Source: a virus | Lineage: Duplodnaviria; Caudoviricetes | Virus record (IMG/VR): IMGVR_UViG_3300033067_001736 | Location: 1-46,925 of that record | Direction: 5' to 3' (one strand) | DNA: 46,925 bases | Shown here: piece by piece, positions 10,801-19,919 of the stretch | Layout: each line of letters opens with the position of its first letter | Position numbering within the stretch: the stretch's first letter is position 1 | Position numbers and translations under genes: made by a program | The notes under the pieces: generated by a model | Databases searched by the model: none | What the model was told of the DNA's origin: nothing | What the model saw: only the letters and a program-made list of their open reading frames with translations

Positions 10801-12591
10801 ATGATTGGTGGAAAATGGCTTAAATTAATAAAAAATACTGTTGATAATTTAGCTACAGTATCAGCATATTCTTTTTCAGGAACTTATTTTCAAAATAAAA
10901 GTATTGCTGATTTCAATATGTTTGGAATGCTTAACTCATGGGCAAGAAGAAAATTAAGTCCATCAAAAACAACACATCAGCAAATAGCAGGTTTGTTATT
11001 TTATGATTATGATTTTTTTCAAGATGGTTCTATTGAAGCAAAAGCAGGTAAAGGTTTTGAAAGAAAGAATATGTTTTTCTCTTCTTTAAAAAGTTTTTGG
11101 GCAGCTACAAGAATACCGGATTTCTTTTCTCAATTTATTGTTGTAGGTGTAGTTTCTAAAGAAACTATGGTTCAAGGATTTGAACAAGATATAAATGGAA
11201 ATTATACTATTCCTATACAAAAAACACTACTTGATGTTTTTGAAATTGTACCATCTCCACATAACCCTAAAGTTAAAATTAAAAGATTAATAAAAGGTTT
11301 TGATACACCTCATAATATTGAAAATTGGATAGATAATAATGGTCAGGATTTTTTTGATTATAGTAATAAGATAAAACAACTAATTAAAAATATAAATGGT
11401 AATACAGACCCTTTAGATGGTGTAAGTGCGCCATATAAGTTTATTCCTGCTTTAGCATACCAACTTAAAGGTTGGATAATGCCTCAAATAACAAATACTC
11501 TTACTGAAAGACACTATGATTTGTTTACAAAAACTGATCGTGAAGGATGGGCGCATAGTAAATTTGGGATTGTACCTCATGCTCTTGCAGGAGCATGGTT
11601 TTTAGGGTTAACAGGAATATATGGTGCAATGTTAGGTGTAGGTATTTCAGTTGCTTATAAAGCAAAAAAGACTAAGAGCTTTTCAGTAACCCCTTCAAAT
11701 CTTTTAGATGGTATAGGAGATTTAGGTATTTTAACTTTGGCAATAGCTTCAAGAATGGTAAGCTTACCTATAAATATGGTTAGTCCTTTAGTTACCGGTA
11801 AACAAGCAATGGATATTTTTCCATTTGGTGTAGAAGCTTTTATGAATGAAAAACTAATGAAAAAAGGTGGTTCTGATACTGATATAGCAAGTTTTAAATT
11901 TGCAGCAGGATCATTGAGTAATAGTCTTTTAGCACTAATAATGTATTTAGGAATATCAATGAGGTACTTTGATGATTGGGATGAAGAAGATGTTGTTTAT
12001 GCAGGGAAAGTAGGTATGATAAGAAAAGCATTAATATATGCAAAAAATACGGCACAAGATATTTATGAGTCTTTAAATTCTCTTGCTTTTACTCCCGGAC
12101 AAAGTATTACTTTAACTGGGGTAGCAATAGCAAAATTATTTGAAGATTTTAAAAAGTTAATGACGTATATGAATGATTTAACTGTAGGAGTAACACATTT
12201 TTCTACAGGTAGAAATGCAGGTAAAGCTAAAATACCTTATGCTCTTTTACAATTAATTGGTCAAACATCAATTCAAAATTTTGGACAACAAAAACCGGGT
12301 TATTTACAAGGTCCATTTACTAAATGGTTAGATCATTATTACAACCCATTAGAGTTTAAAAAAGAAGAAATAAAAGTAGAAAAAGCAATAAATAAAAGTA
12401 CCTATGGTCCTGCTATTATGGAAGAAGAACAAGAAAGAATGAGACGTTTAAAAGGGTCTGAATGGAGAAAGGATAAAAATAATATAAAAGCGTATAAGAG
12501 TAGGGTAAGAAAAAGATTATTAATTATTAATGCTGATGATCCATTAATTAAACAATTAAATGAAGATCTTAAACTTTTAAATGACCAATAG
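7828..12591 (+). CDS. Very large virion/ejected protein (crAss-like RNAP-adjacent), coiled-coil rich with C-terminal hydrophobic segments
   Basis: About 1587 aa ORF. Likely ATG at 7828 after an A-rich leader (MSCTF...). Position next to the vRNAP gene is typical of crAss-like ejection proteins. Confidence 0.7.
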   Translation: MSCTFNNIESAFRESNPELADALTQKTLSLWSNLKNSNVFDVKSNALNLTPQDEVRFAQQENLIKQLNDRFADLVTVIDNKISINGLAFNTLEEQMRYDDQFHKELNDDLKNDFDAVAPPSVNEVLGENAELNSFTASNILLGGQSNELNDQLKSMVSELQNERLKLSLEMKKATSVQKQVLRAKIDKINEKIRTLKIQIDSFPINIKRSHYTPALEQMLAQLTERVDNFDYQVDNISNLFDNLDFLIKLRNLDASNPIYNLGELENTEIDNSPLNTPELKDERQYLNDNIADKANKLKERLEVKMKEALEDLLKNDPILQGVSQEIKAEMEAYWNRTATRSDIGDWDVYYFSPSGLKASNGIIPQVAYAEVANSDARYNSLAERLKTKLRAATDAASLKLMELGYKHKIFGSFKPNWNFFFEVNNLGNETGNIIKKFTPTFYSNLQKITNEYYEGSKLARKLATPAQRRILANAKNKLHSFLRNECVVVDIVRLPIAESYMSSGEFADTQQGDPFSGVTKADMLAYEQELISLLGQREYNKLTQRVANTLKNYEELRRQEINSQLSSGPMDSLKQDFINEFEVRNNPFNLFNVINTPFTADTVERTWLNGEILPRRNVAVSTLNAAKTGYDYAYSNTPTNYYNESYEIAESHPALEELLSTMEEILEITHQLLPDSLQRKKDEHFLLRAERTIKEIMLDPNLQLHNKFRPVVTKIWDNLIDYFRGAEIRDPAPLKLKVNASFIETNKNKIDQEFNKLFAEFIAVADVSSDFTKTKVNVNSLNDDQLRIIANAINVPFQSRQQIITEINNKFDGSNLDIKALLNQKATDNIVRYNSTDLPTVLTALINSTTLFAAKDASLNNVSLLRHFYKLIKNPGGLLERENANKQFDDWVKRAVLNYNSREKFGKMTDKVLTTEEKNIKKKLLKLISDLKDQKDVIKRSNINLVQKANNIATIEKQVKSLEKAVKVMGKPAYFSQFCFYLLQGIGRTVMIGGKWLKLIKNTVDNLATVSAYSFSGTYFQNKSIADFNMFGMLNSWARRKLSPSKTTHQQIAGLLFYDYDFFQDGSIEAKAGKGFERKNMFFSSLKSFWAATRIPDFFSQFIVVGVVSKETMVQGFEQDINGNYTIPIQKTLLDVFEIVPSPHNPKVKIKRLIKGFDTPHNIENWIDNNGQDFFDYSNKIKQLIKNINGNTDPLDGVSAPYKFIPALAYQLKGWIMPQITNTLTERHYDLFTKTDREGWAHSKFGIVPHALAGAWFLGLTGIYGAMLGVGISVAYKAKKTKSFSVTPSNLLDGIGDLGILTLAIASRMVSLPINMVSPLVTGKQAMDIFPFGVEAFMNEKLMKKGGSDTDIASFKFAAGSLSNSLLALIMYLGISMRYFDDWDEEDVVYAGKVGMIRKALIYAKNTAQDIYESLNSLAFTPGQSITLTGVAIAKLFEDFKKLMTYMNDLTVGVTHFSTGRNAGKAKIPYALLQLIGQTSIQNFGQQKPGYLQGPFTKWLDHYYNPLEFKKEEIKVEKAINKSTYGPAIMEEEQERMRRLKGSEWRKDKNNIKAYKSRVRKRLLIINADDPLIKQLNEDLKLLNDQ

Positions 12592-12617
12592 CTTTTGACA
12601 CAAAGCAAAAATTTTTT

Positions 12618-12643
12618 AAAGGGTAACACAACTGTTACCCTTT
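12618..12643. terminator. Bidirectional intrinsic terminator at the convergence of the two gene blocks
   Basis: AAAGGGTAACA-CAAC-TGTTACCCTTT 11-bp stem flanked by T/A runs between converging genes. Confidence 0.85.
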
Positions 12644-12648
12644 ATTTT

Positions 12649-12939
12649 TTAAATAAATTCTTTTACCCAATCTTCATGTTTTGTCGAAGCAAATAATTGA
12701 TTTCTATTCCAAGTACTTTCTACCCAAGTTAAAATATTTTTAGTTATTTTATAGATTTGTGATTCTTTTTCACAACATACAGTAACATATTTTTCACTAT
12801 ACTTTTTTATTTTATCAATTCCATTAGCTTCTGTTTGATATATTTTACCACTTTTAGATAAGTGACTTCCTCTGTGTTTATGAGGTTGATAATATAATCC
12901 TGTAGGAACATGTTTCATTTTATAGAATTCAGTTTTCAT
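12649..12939 (-). CDS. Hypothetical protein
   Basis: 96 aa ORF, ATG start, co-oriented with block. Confidence 0.7.
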   Translation of the reverse strand: MKTEFYKMKHVPTGLYYQPHKHRGSHLSKSGKIYQTEANGIDKIKKYSEKYVTVCCEKESQIYKITKNILTWVESTWNRNQLFASTKHEDWVKEFI

Positions 12940-13136
12940 TGTGAAATGCTATTTTTGTTTAAAATTCTTAAAAATTGAGTAGAAATATTAATTGTTTCTG
13001 AATTAAATTTTTCTACAAATTCTTGTGCAGTATAAACAGTATCTTGTTCTGTTGCTTTTTTAATAAATTGTTCATCTGTAAAATCAAATTCAAAATCTTT
13101 TGTTATATCTACTAAGTAAAATAAGTAATTGTCCAT
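12936..13136 (-). CDS. Hypothetical protein
   Basis: 66 aa ORF with ATGA overlap to the next gene. Confidence 0.65.
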   Translation of the reverse strand: MDNYLFYLVDITKDFEFDFTDEQFIKKATEQDTVYTAQEFVEKFNSETINISTQFLRILNKNSISQ

Positions 13137-13303
13137 TGTTAATTTTTATGTGTAATTTCGTAAAATTTGTTTTGCTTTTTTAATATCTTGTAATTCTTTA
13201 GAAGTAAGAACTTTCTTCACACATTCAATATTATTACCCATAGGTCTTGATGCCCTTTTCTTTTAGCAATTTAGCCAACAGTCGACTTGCTGATGTATTC
13301 ATA

Positions 13304-13483
13304 TCAATGATAATAATTTATTTGACCGCAATATTTACAAACCTCATGTTCTAACTTTTTAGGTATATATCCTTCATACCCTGGACATCCAGTAATATCA
13401 AAAAGATAACTTTTTTCATCTTTTGGAGGACTTTGTTGCATTGCTTGCTTTACCTCTTCTTGTTGCTTTTTAGTTTGTGCCAT
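13304..13483 (-). CDS. Small hypothetical protein with C-terminal CxxC (not in ORF track)
   Basis: Read manually: MAQTKKQQEEVKQ...GCPGYEG...VCKYCGQINYYH*, 59 aa. Confidence 0.55.
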   Translation of the reverse strand: MAQTKKQQEEVKQAMQQSPPKDEKSYLFDITGCPGYEGYIPKKLEHEVCKYCGQINYYH

Positions 13484-13868
13484 TTGTCAATAAATAATAG
13501 GTTGTGAATAATTGGATATAGTGTAAAACTTGATCAAATCCTACACTTACAAAGAAGTTATGTACATCTCCCGTTGCCCATAATTTAGCATTCAATCTAC
13601 TTGTAAAGTAGTCTGTAATTGTGTGACATATAAAAGTAATCCCACCAAATAGAAATGACAAATAAACATAAACATAATATGGTACATGGGTTAAATTAAT
13701 GCCAAATAAAATACAAGAAGTAAATACCCAAACTGAACTATAAGTTAGCGTATGTCCCAATAAGTCGATCCAATTTTTGGATTTTCCCTTTGCTTGTTTG
13801 TCGGTTTGCAATACAAAATCACCTATCCAGTGGAATATGATTATTGTAAAAATTTCTGTTAAAGTCAT
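13470..13868 (-). CDS. DUF3307-like membrane protein
   Basis: HWIGDFVLQ, HTITDY and GFDQVLH motifs with hydrophobic helices. Confidence 0.75.
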   Translation of the reverse strand: MTLTEIFTIIIFHWIGDFVLQTDKQAKGKSKNWIDLLGHTLTYSSVWVFTSCILFGINLTHVPYYVYVYLSFLFGGITFICHTITDYFTSRLNAKLWATGDVHNFFVSVGFDQVLHYIQLFTTYYLLTNGTN

Positions 13869-14014
13869 TTTAATTCTTTAAATTGGTTGTGTAATATTCA
13901 TCCCCTTCTTCGTCTTCTTGTATTGCATAAATCGGAATAATACCCGATACCGTTCCTATGTCCCCATAAAAAAGACTTTTTGTTGATTTTACTTTGTCTC
14001 CTATTTTCATAATT

Positions 14015-14476
14015 TTAATTTTTAGTTCTATAATCTCTTTGATGCATAATAACTCTTACTACTTCTTCGTTAGTAGCAAATCTGTAGGTATCACCATAAG
14101 GATTATTATTAAGATACTCACATAGTTTTTCTTTTGCTTCATCAGCATATTCTCCTGAAAAATCATTTCGTATCCATTTAGAAACATCATGTATTGGTTC
14201 TCCTTCTTTTGTTCTTGTATTTGAGTAATACCCTGTCATTATTAAACCATCTGACATATAAATAAGACAACAAGTATGTTTTTTTGGTATTGCCTCTTTA
14301 ATATATCCAATTTTAAACATAACAGTAGATAAATAACCACTCCTTTCTACCATAGGGGTTCTTTCTTTAATGGTAGTTTCTTTGACAATATATTGTCCTG
14401 AACCTTCAAAATCTTTTGGTTTGAAGATTGTTTGTTTCCATTCATACATCATTTTATTTTTTTTTAAATTTTTCAA
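14015..14476 (-). CDS. Hypothetical protein
   Basis: 153 aa ORF; true start may be the internal MMYEW. Confidence 0.65.
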   Translation of the reverse strand: MKNLKKNKMMYEWKQTIFKPKDFEGSGQYIVKETTIKERTPMVERSGYLSTVMFKIGYIKEAIPKKHTCCLIYMSDGLIMTGYYSNTRTKEGEPIHDVSKWIRNDFSGEYADEAKEKLCEYLNNNPYGDTYRFATNEEVVRVIMHQRDYRTKN

Positions 14477-15563
14477 ACATTTCAGTAACGGTGTATTTCA
14501 TACTAAAACCTTCTAAATTCCCTTGTAAAGAATCATCATCTAAGTTAATGTTACCATCAATAGAACAAATTTTTCTTGCCATATTAATTATTTGTATGAC
14601 TTCTTCTTCACTATACATTCTTTCAGATTGCCACTTAGCACCTTTAATAAACATTGATTTTTCTCTGTCACAATAAGGATGTGTTATGCTTTCACAATTT
14701 ATTTTAGCAGCTTCTTCAAAAGTTTCTTCTTGAAACTCATGAGCATATTTTTCTTCTAATTGTTTTTCATATTTTTCAACAGATTGTTTAGGTTCTTCTT
14801 GTTTTGTCATTTTAATAGCACAAGGTTCACATTGAACTGCTCTTTTATCTCCCATAAATTCTGTTTTACAAGTTACACAAGTACATCCATAACTTCCGGG
14901 GGCATAACCTCCAATAGGGTATTTAGGTTCTATTTTTATTAACGTTTCATTCCAATCATAATATAAATCAGGGAACTTTCTATTTAGTTCATTAGCTAAA
15001 CCCAATGCTTCTTTTTGAGTATTAAATTGACCTTTAATAACATGGATTCCATTTTCTACACCAACAGTATTGTAGTAGATTTGTTTAGATTCTTCTTTTG
15101 GAATGATTATTTTATATTTTAATTCTTGACAACAAATCTTACAATAATCATTTTGACAAGTTAATTTTTCACAGTAAGGTTTAACTTCAACCCCCTCACA
15201 GCTTGGATTGTAAACATACCACTTCAAGAAATCATCATCAATGGCTTGTATTCCATCAGCGATTAATTCTTGGTCTGTTGTTAAGATGATTTTTTTAAAA
15301 AACTTTGTACCATGTAAGCCATATCCTACGGCTTTTTTAGTATTATACTTACCAACTCCCCCATTGGTATAATGATTTTCTAAAAGAATACACCATTCAT
15401 CATCTCCAATATGTTCATCAGATGTGATGTATAGATTTTGATTAATTAAATCATCTTTAACAATATTAGGGGTAACAAAATCACTGGCTGAAATATTTAA
15501 TACTCCTTTATAAGTGTGTAACCTACTTGGTTTATCTGTTGGTAATACGTGTATATTTTTCAT
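14454..15563 (-). CDS. Mosaic hypothetical phage protein with Cys-rich inserts
   Basis: Probable start MKNIHVLPT at 15563. Segments KKIILTTDQ.LI, EEPKQ, GAKWQSERMYSEEEV and CxC/CxxC clusters. Confidence 0.65.
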   Translation of the reverse strand: MKNIHVLPTDKPSRLHTYKGVLNISASDFVTPNIVKDDLINQNLYITSDEHIGDDEWCILLENHYTNGGVGKYNTKKAVGYGLHGTKFFKKIILTTDQELIADGIQAIDDDFLKWYVYNPSCEGVEVKPYCEKLTCQNDYCKICCQELKYKIIIPKEESKQIYYNTVGVENGIHVIKGQFNTQKEALGLANELNRKFPDLYYDWNETLIKIEPKYPIGGYAPGSYGCTCVTCKTEFMGDKRAVQCEPCAIKMTKQEEPKQSVEKYEKQLEEKYAHEFQEETFEEAAKINCESITHPYCDREKSMFIKGAKWQSERMYSEEEVIQIINMARKICSIDGNINLDDDSLQGNLEGFSMKYTVTEMFEKFKKK

Positions 15564-15680
15564 GTTGTTTTGTTTAAAGTTATCGGGCGAATTTGTTTCA
15601 AATTTTGAATGATAAATCATACCTTATCAGGTATAATATACCTTATTGAGTGATAAATCATACCCTATAGGGTGTTTAAA

Positions 15681-15763
15681 AAGTGCTAGCAAGCTATAAT
15701 CAAAGGTCTTAGAGTATTACTCTACCAAGTCACAGTTTAGTCGCTGCTGCTACACTAGCACTT
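15681..15763 (-). ncRNA. Candidate small structured RNA or regulatory hairpin domain
   Basis: AAGTGCTAG (15681-89) pairs CTAGCACTT (15755-63); intergenic. Confidence 0.35.
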
Positions 15764-15768
15764 ATATT

Positions 15769-16308
15769 TTAAGCTTCTGTTTGGTCTTCGACCGTTGCAT
15801 CTGGAGCATTTTTCATGACAGAAGCGATACCATTTTCGCGTGAAGCTTCGCTTTCATACATTTCACTTGTTCCAATGATTTGACCATTTCCAGCTTTTAG
15901 GTTGAAATAAGGCCTGTCATTCTTAGAAGTCAAACGATCATAACGACCATCTTCAGTTGAATTTTTCTTCACGGACTCTATGCCATTCATACAAGCAGCT
16001 TTGGTTGTGTAGGCTTTTGAGCCAAGAATTTCTTGTCCATTACCGGCTTTTAAGCTGAATTGAAATTGTCCATTTTTTCTTGTAGTTAATACAAATTTAC
16101 CTAATCCTTTGAGGACTTCTTCAGTTGTAGCTAAAGATGAAACTGATTTAGATGAATAACTATGAACATCATAAAATTTAATTATTTCATTTGCATCATC
16201 AATAGTAATAGTTATTTTATTTTCAGTATTAAAAAAATCATTTCTTGTTAACTTTATTTTTTCTCTTAATTGCTTAATTAATTTTTTCATGTTTTTATGT
16301 GTTTTCAC
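15769..16308 (-). CDS. yegP: YegP/DUF1508 tandem-domain protein fused to a phage N-terminal segment
   Basis: GKFVL...NGQFQFSLKAGNGQEILGS.AY..KA.C.NGIESVKKN and YFNLKAGNGQIIGTSEMYESEASRENGIASV.KNAPDA. Confidence 0.85.
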   Translation of the reverse strand: MKTHKNMKKLIKQLREKIKLTRNDFFNTENKITITIDDANEIIKFYDVHSYSSKSVSSLATTEEVLKGLGKFVLTTRKNGQFQFSLKAGNGQEILGSKAYTTKAACMNGIESVKKNSTEDGRYDRLTSKNDRPYFNLKAGNGQIIGTSEMYESEASRENGIASVMKNAPDATVEDQTEA

Positions 16309-16699
16309 TCCAAAATTGGTGTAATTGATCTTCTTGTTCTACTGTTAAGTCTATTTTAAGAACGTCATTAATAAAATCTATACAAAGGTATTTTGCAACA
16401 CCAACAGAAATCATTTCATTGTCATTTATTTGAATATTATTATTTACCCAAGGCTTTTTTGTTATAAAGAACCCTTCTCTATTTACCACATGATAACCGG
16501 GTAATATCCAACATGTTTCCTTATCACCTGTTACTAATGTCCATACAAATGTTTTATTACGATTTGAAATCTCGTCAAAACTAGCAGGATTTATTTCAAA
16601 TAATGTATTTTCATAAGCATCTTTTTCAAAACCTTGTTTAGCAGGATTTTTAATGGGTTTATAGTTCTTAAAAAACTTTTTTAACGATATTGTTTTCAT
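16295..16699 (-). CDS. Hypothetical protein
   Basis: 134 aa ORF. Confidence 0.7.
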   Translation of the reverse strand: MKTISLKKFFKNYKPIKNPAKQGFEKDAYENTLFEINPASFDEISNRNKTFVWTLVTGDKETCWILPGYHVVNREGFFITKKPWVNNNIQINDNEMISVGVAKYLCIDFINDVLKIDLTVEQEDQLHQFWSENT

Positions 16700-16704
16700 G
16701 ATTT

Positions 16705-16965
16705 TTATTTACATTTGTTACAAAAGAATATTGTATCCCCAAGAAATAATTTTTCATCAAGATATATAATTTCTGTATAAATATTGCTAATACCATAAGT
16801 ATTCATTGTGTATTTATATTTTCCATAATCATCAGGATTTTGAATAATAGTTGATTCTATAATTATACCATAAGGTTTATCTTTAGTAGTAATAATTCTA
16901 CTACCACAACTACTAAAAAATATAGTGATAAAGAATAGTAGTAAAAATTGTTTTATGTTTTTCAT
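16705..16965 (-). CDS. Putative lipoprotein
   Basis: Basic N-terminus, hydrophobic core, lipobox FSSC. Confidence 0.65.
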   Translation of the reverse strand: MKNIKQFLLLFFITIFFSSCGSRIITTKDKPYGIIIESTIIQNPDDYGKYKYTMNTYGISNIYTEIIYLDEKLFLGDTIFFCNKCK

Positions 16966-16970
16966 TATGT

Positions 16971-17210
16971 TTAATTTTCATTTATATTAATAAATTGTAA
17001 TTTTTCAATTGTTTTAATATTTGTATTCATAGGAACTTCTCCTACTAATTTACCTTTAATAATAATTTCAGAATTATCAGGAATTTTATATAATAAAGAT
17101 TGATTTTCAGCATCTTCCCAAGAAATTGCTTTTATTTCCGGACCAAACCATCTTTCTTCATTATGAGTTATTGGGTCAATAATGACTATAAGTGTTATAT
17201 ATGTATCCAT
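16971..17210 (-). CDS. Hypothetical protein
   Basis: 79 aa ORF. Confidence 0.65.
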   Translation of the reverse strand: MDTYITLIVIIDPITHNEERWFGPEIKAISWEDAENQSLLYKIPDNSEIIIKGKLVGEVPMNTNIKTIEKLQFININEN

Positions 17211-17224
17211 TATTTTTAATTTTG

Positions 17225-17328
17225 AGGTTAGGACAGGACTCGAACCTGTAACTTCTTTATCATAAAGAGTGCCATTAGCCGTTATCTCAACCTTGAGGGT
17301 GCTGCGTTACCAATTACGCCACCTAACC
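17225..17328 (-). tRNA. tRNA-like element with intact acceptor, D and T arms but no canonical anticodon arm
   Basis: GGTTAGG/CCTAACC acceptor; GCGT-AATTGGTA-ACGC D arm; ACAGG-TTCGAGT-CCTGT T arm; about 55-nt irregular centre. Confidence 0.7.
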
Positions 17329-17336
17329 ACCGTATC

Positions 17337-17513
17337 TTATTCCTTAATCAGTTCTAATATTTCATTATAACATAAATTAATTTCATTTTGCTCACTTTCT
17401 CCATCTTCAATATTATCAATACATAATTGAAAAAGATCAGTTATTTCTTCTTGATATAAAGGATGTTTATCAATTGAATTAGTAGCAAACTTTTTTAATT
17501 CTTGAATTGTCAT
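17337..17513 (-). CDS. Small acidic hypothetical protein (not in ORF track)
   Basis: Read manually: MTIQELKKFATNSIDKHP...LELIKE*, 58 aa. Confidence 0.6.
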   Translation of the reverse strand: MTIQELKKFATNSIDKHPLYQEEITDLFQLCIDNIEDGESEQNEINLCYNEILELIKE

Positions 17514-17525
17514 TGGTTTTTAGTT

Positions 17526-18128
17526 TTAAAAATATAAATCATTATATTCATAATTAAAATATTCTTCATTTGTTCTTATTGGAAGTTCTAATTCCCCATC
17601 AAATTGTTCTTCAGTAATATTACTTCCAAATTGTAAATTAAGGAATCTTACAAAAGAAGGTTTTATTTCAGGATCTTTTTTTAATACATTTATAACATAT
17701 TGTCTTTGTTCCATTGCTTCTTTAGATCTTAATTTACCATTAAATAGTAATTCAATATCTTCTCCAGAATACATTTTAGAATACTCACCATTGATAAATT
17801 TGTAAAAAGCATCTATATTTTCTGATGGAAATTTTAAGATTATCATGTGTAGATTTCCATTTTTAATGTCATCGTAAACATAATCGGCTACAAAATAACC
17901 CTCTTTTTTTAATCTTTCTAAAGCATTTAAAAATCTTCCTGTTTGTACAGAAGTATCTATTAAGAAAAACAAACAGGGGAATTCTGTTCCCCCTGTTGTT
18001 TTAGTATAAATCACATCTCCTATACAAACTTTAACTTTATGTAATTCTTTTACAATAAGATCAACGAATTCGTTTCCGTACTTTTTGAGGCAAGGAAATA
18101 GATAACTTCTCGTGTTGTTGCTCTCCAT
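17526..18128 (-). CDS. Hypothetical protein
   Basis: 200 aa ORF. Confidence 0.7.
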   Translation of the reverse strand: MESNNTRSYLFPCLKKYGNEFVDLIVKELHKVKVCIGDVIYTKTTGGTEFPCLFFLIDTSVQTGRFLNALERLKKEGYFVADYVYDDIKNGNLHMIILKFPSENIDAFYKFINGEYSKMYSGEDIELLFNGKLRSKEAMEQRQYVINVLKKDPEIKPSFVRFLNLQFGSNITEEQFDGELELPIRTNEEYFNYEYNDLYF

Positions 18129-18245
18129 AATTTACTTGTTTTCTAATTTTAATGTCATTGTTCCACAAAGATAGTTCTTTGTTCCAATCTTTGTCAATAG
18201 TCTTTTTAATAAAATTAAAGTTTGCCATTATTTTGTGTTTAAAGG

Positions 18246-19298
18246 TTAATATTTTCCCTGACTTATAGGAATTTTAAAGTTATTTTCTACTATATCTTTA
18301 TCTACTTTCCACTCGTTATTTTCAAGATGCCACTTGTATAAATAAAACAGATTATTAAAACCTAATCTTTCTTTTTTAACTAATACAGTTTCAACACATA
18401 AATCAGTATGGCCAAAATAAGCATATTCATAAGCTTGAAGATCTAATTGATATTCAATTACAATATGTGGTTGATTATTATTTTGATATAAGAAACTAAA
18501 CTCTGTTGTGTAACCGGTTAAATCTAAATTTTTAAGTTCAGATGTAGCAAATAAGTTTGGATCTGCAATTGCTTTTACAACAGCTAAGTTATATTGAGCA
18601 GCTTGAATATCATAACCTAAATAGTTATAGTTCTTCATAAAGGATTGAAATCCTGTTTTTGTATCATATACATAAACTTTTTGAGTTTTCTTATTTATGA
18701 CTAAAATATCAAGTAAAACTTTTAAGTTTATACCATCTAATTCAAAATAAATAGGAACTTGATATGCAATAATTAAATCATTACCATCTTGTAATTGCTC
18801 ACAATTTTTAAACCCTAATGCTAAAGAATTACCCATTTCAAATTCTGAAGTAGTTAATACTGTTTTATTACCTGCTTGAATTAAGAAATTATAAAAATCT
18901 TCCCCCTCTTTAATAATTTTAGCTACTAAAGTATCAGGTTTCATGTTTTGATAGTAATTTTCTCTTACACAAGCCTTTAATATCTCTTCAGATGAATCTT
19001 CTAAGTTTTTACCTTCAGTAGTGTCATAAACTAATTTAAGTACACTATACATCTTATCAGAAGGTTTTTCAATATCTGAAGCTAAATAGTTATTACGTAT
19101 GTAATCATCATCAAATCCTAATATGTCATCTACTAAAGAACCTATCAAAAAACTTTCTTTCTCTTCAAAATATAAAACAGGATCTTTTATGTTATTAAAA
19201 CTCTGAATTCCATATCTTAAAGTTTTTAATTTACTTTGGTTTAATCCGGGATGGTTTCTGTAATCGTCAATCAACTCCCGATTTGCTTTTATTATCAT
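18246..19298 (-). CDS. PD-(D/E)xK exonuclease (RecE/Cas4-like)
   Basis: LNQSKLK, GSLVD, YQVPIYF, KVLLD...YDTKT, GYDIQAAQY motifs. Confidence 0.8.
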   Translation of the reverse strand: MIIKANRELIDDYRNHPGLNQSKLKTLRYGIQSFNNIKDPVLYFEEKESFLIGSLVDDILGFDDDYIRNNYLASDIEKPSDKMYSVLKLVYDTTEGKNLEDSSEEILKACVRENYYQNMKPDTLVAKIIKEGEDFYNFLIQAGNKTVLTTSEFEMGNSLALGFKNCEQLQDGNDLIIAYQVPIYFELDGINLKVLLDILVINKKTQKVYVYDTKTGFQSFMKNYNYLGYDIQAAQYNLAVVKAIADPNLFATSELKNLDLTGYTTEFSFLYQNNNQPHIVIEYQLDLQAYEYAYFGHTDLCVETVLVKKERLGFNNLFYLYKWHLENNEWKVDKDIVENNFKIPISQGKY

Positions 19299-19662
19299 TT
19301 ACTTGTTTTAAAATATTCATAAAATCTTCAAACGGCATGATTACCATGTCATCTAGTTTCCCTCTTCGTTTTCCTTTACCTACATCATGTCTATGAATTA
19401 ATAGAGTGGGTAGATTTAGACGTTCATGTATATAAGGTTTAGCAATTATGTTTTGTAATACATAATCAATTTCCTTTCTATAATTAAGTCCTTTTGGATA
19501 TCCTGATTTAATTTGGATATTAAAAGGTACATTGTCTAAATCTATCCCACAACTATCAAGTAAGGTAGAGGTTTGCCTTGTAGTCATACAGAAAGGATAC
19601 CAATCCTTTAATTGATTGGCAAAATATCTTTCTGCATTATGACCTTTAGTTCTTACATTCAT
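19267..19662 (-). CDS. Holliday-junction resolvase-like PD-(D/E)xK nuclease
   Basis: RTKGHNAER, GIDL, IQIK motifs. Confidence 0.7.
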   Translation of the reverse strand: MNVRTKGHNAERYFANQLKDWYPFCMTTRQTSTLLDSCGIDLDNVPFNIQIKSGYPKGLNYRKEIDYVLQNIIAKPYIHERLNLPTLLIHRHDVGKGKRRGKLDDMVIMPFEDFMNILKQVNDNKSKSGVD

Positions 19663-19919
19663 TCAATTAAATTAATAATTTTTTCTCTTAATTCCTCTTG
19701 GTCCATATAAGGATTTTTTAACCTTATTATTTTAGTTTCATAATTTCTGTAATGGTCAAATAACTCAATTATTTTTCTAGGTACAGGTACATAATTAAAT
19801 AAATGCACCATTCTTAATTTTACCCAATAATCTATGTGCATATATCTTACCCCATCACATACATAAAAAGGAAGATGTTCATAACTATTCAGTTTATAAG
19901 AACGTCTTAATATATTCAT
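19659..19919 (-). CDS. Hypothetical protein
   Basis: 86 aa ORF, ATGA-coupled on both sides. Confidence 0.7.
   Translation of the reverse strand: MNILRRSYKLNSYEHLPFYVCDGVRYMHIDYWVKLRMVHLFNYVPVPRKIIELFDHYRNYETKIIRLKNPYMDQEELREKIINLIE

Noticed and set aside
4496-12629. Minus-strand ORFs at 4496, 5002, 6229, 6845, 8600 and 12402
   Set aside because: Antisense shadows of the two giant genes, with no motifs
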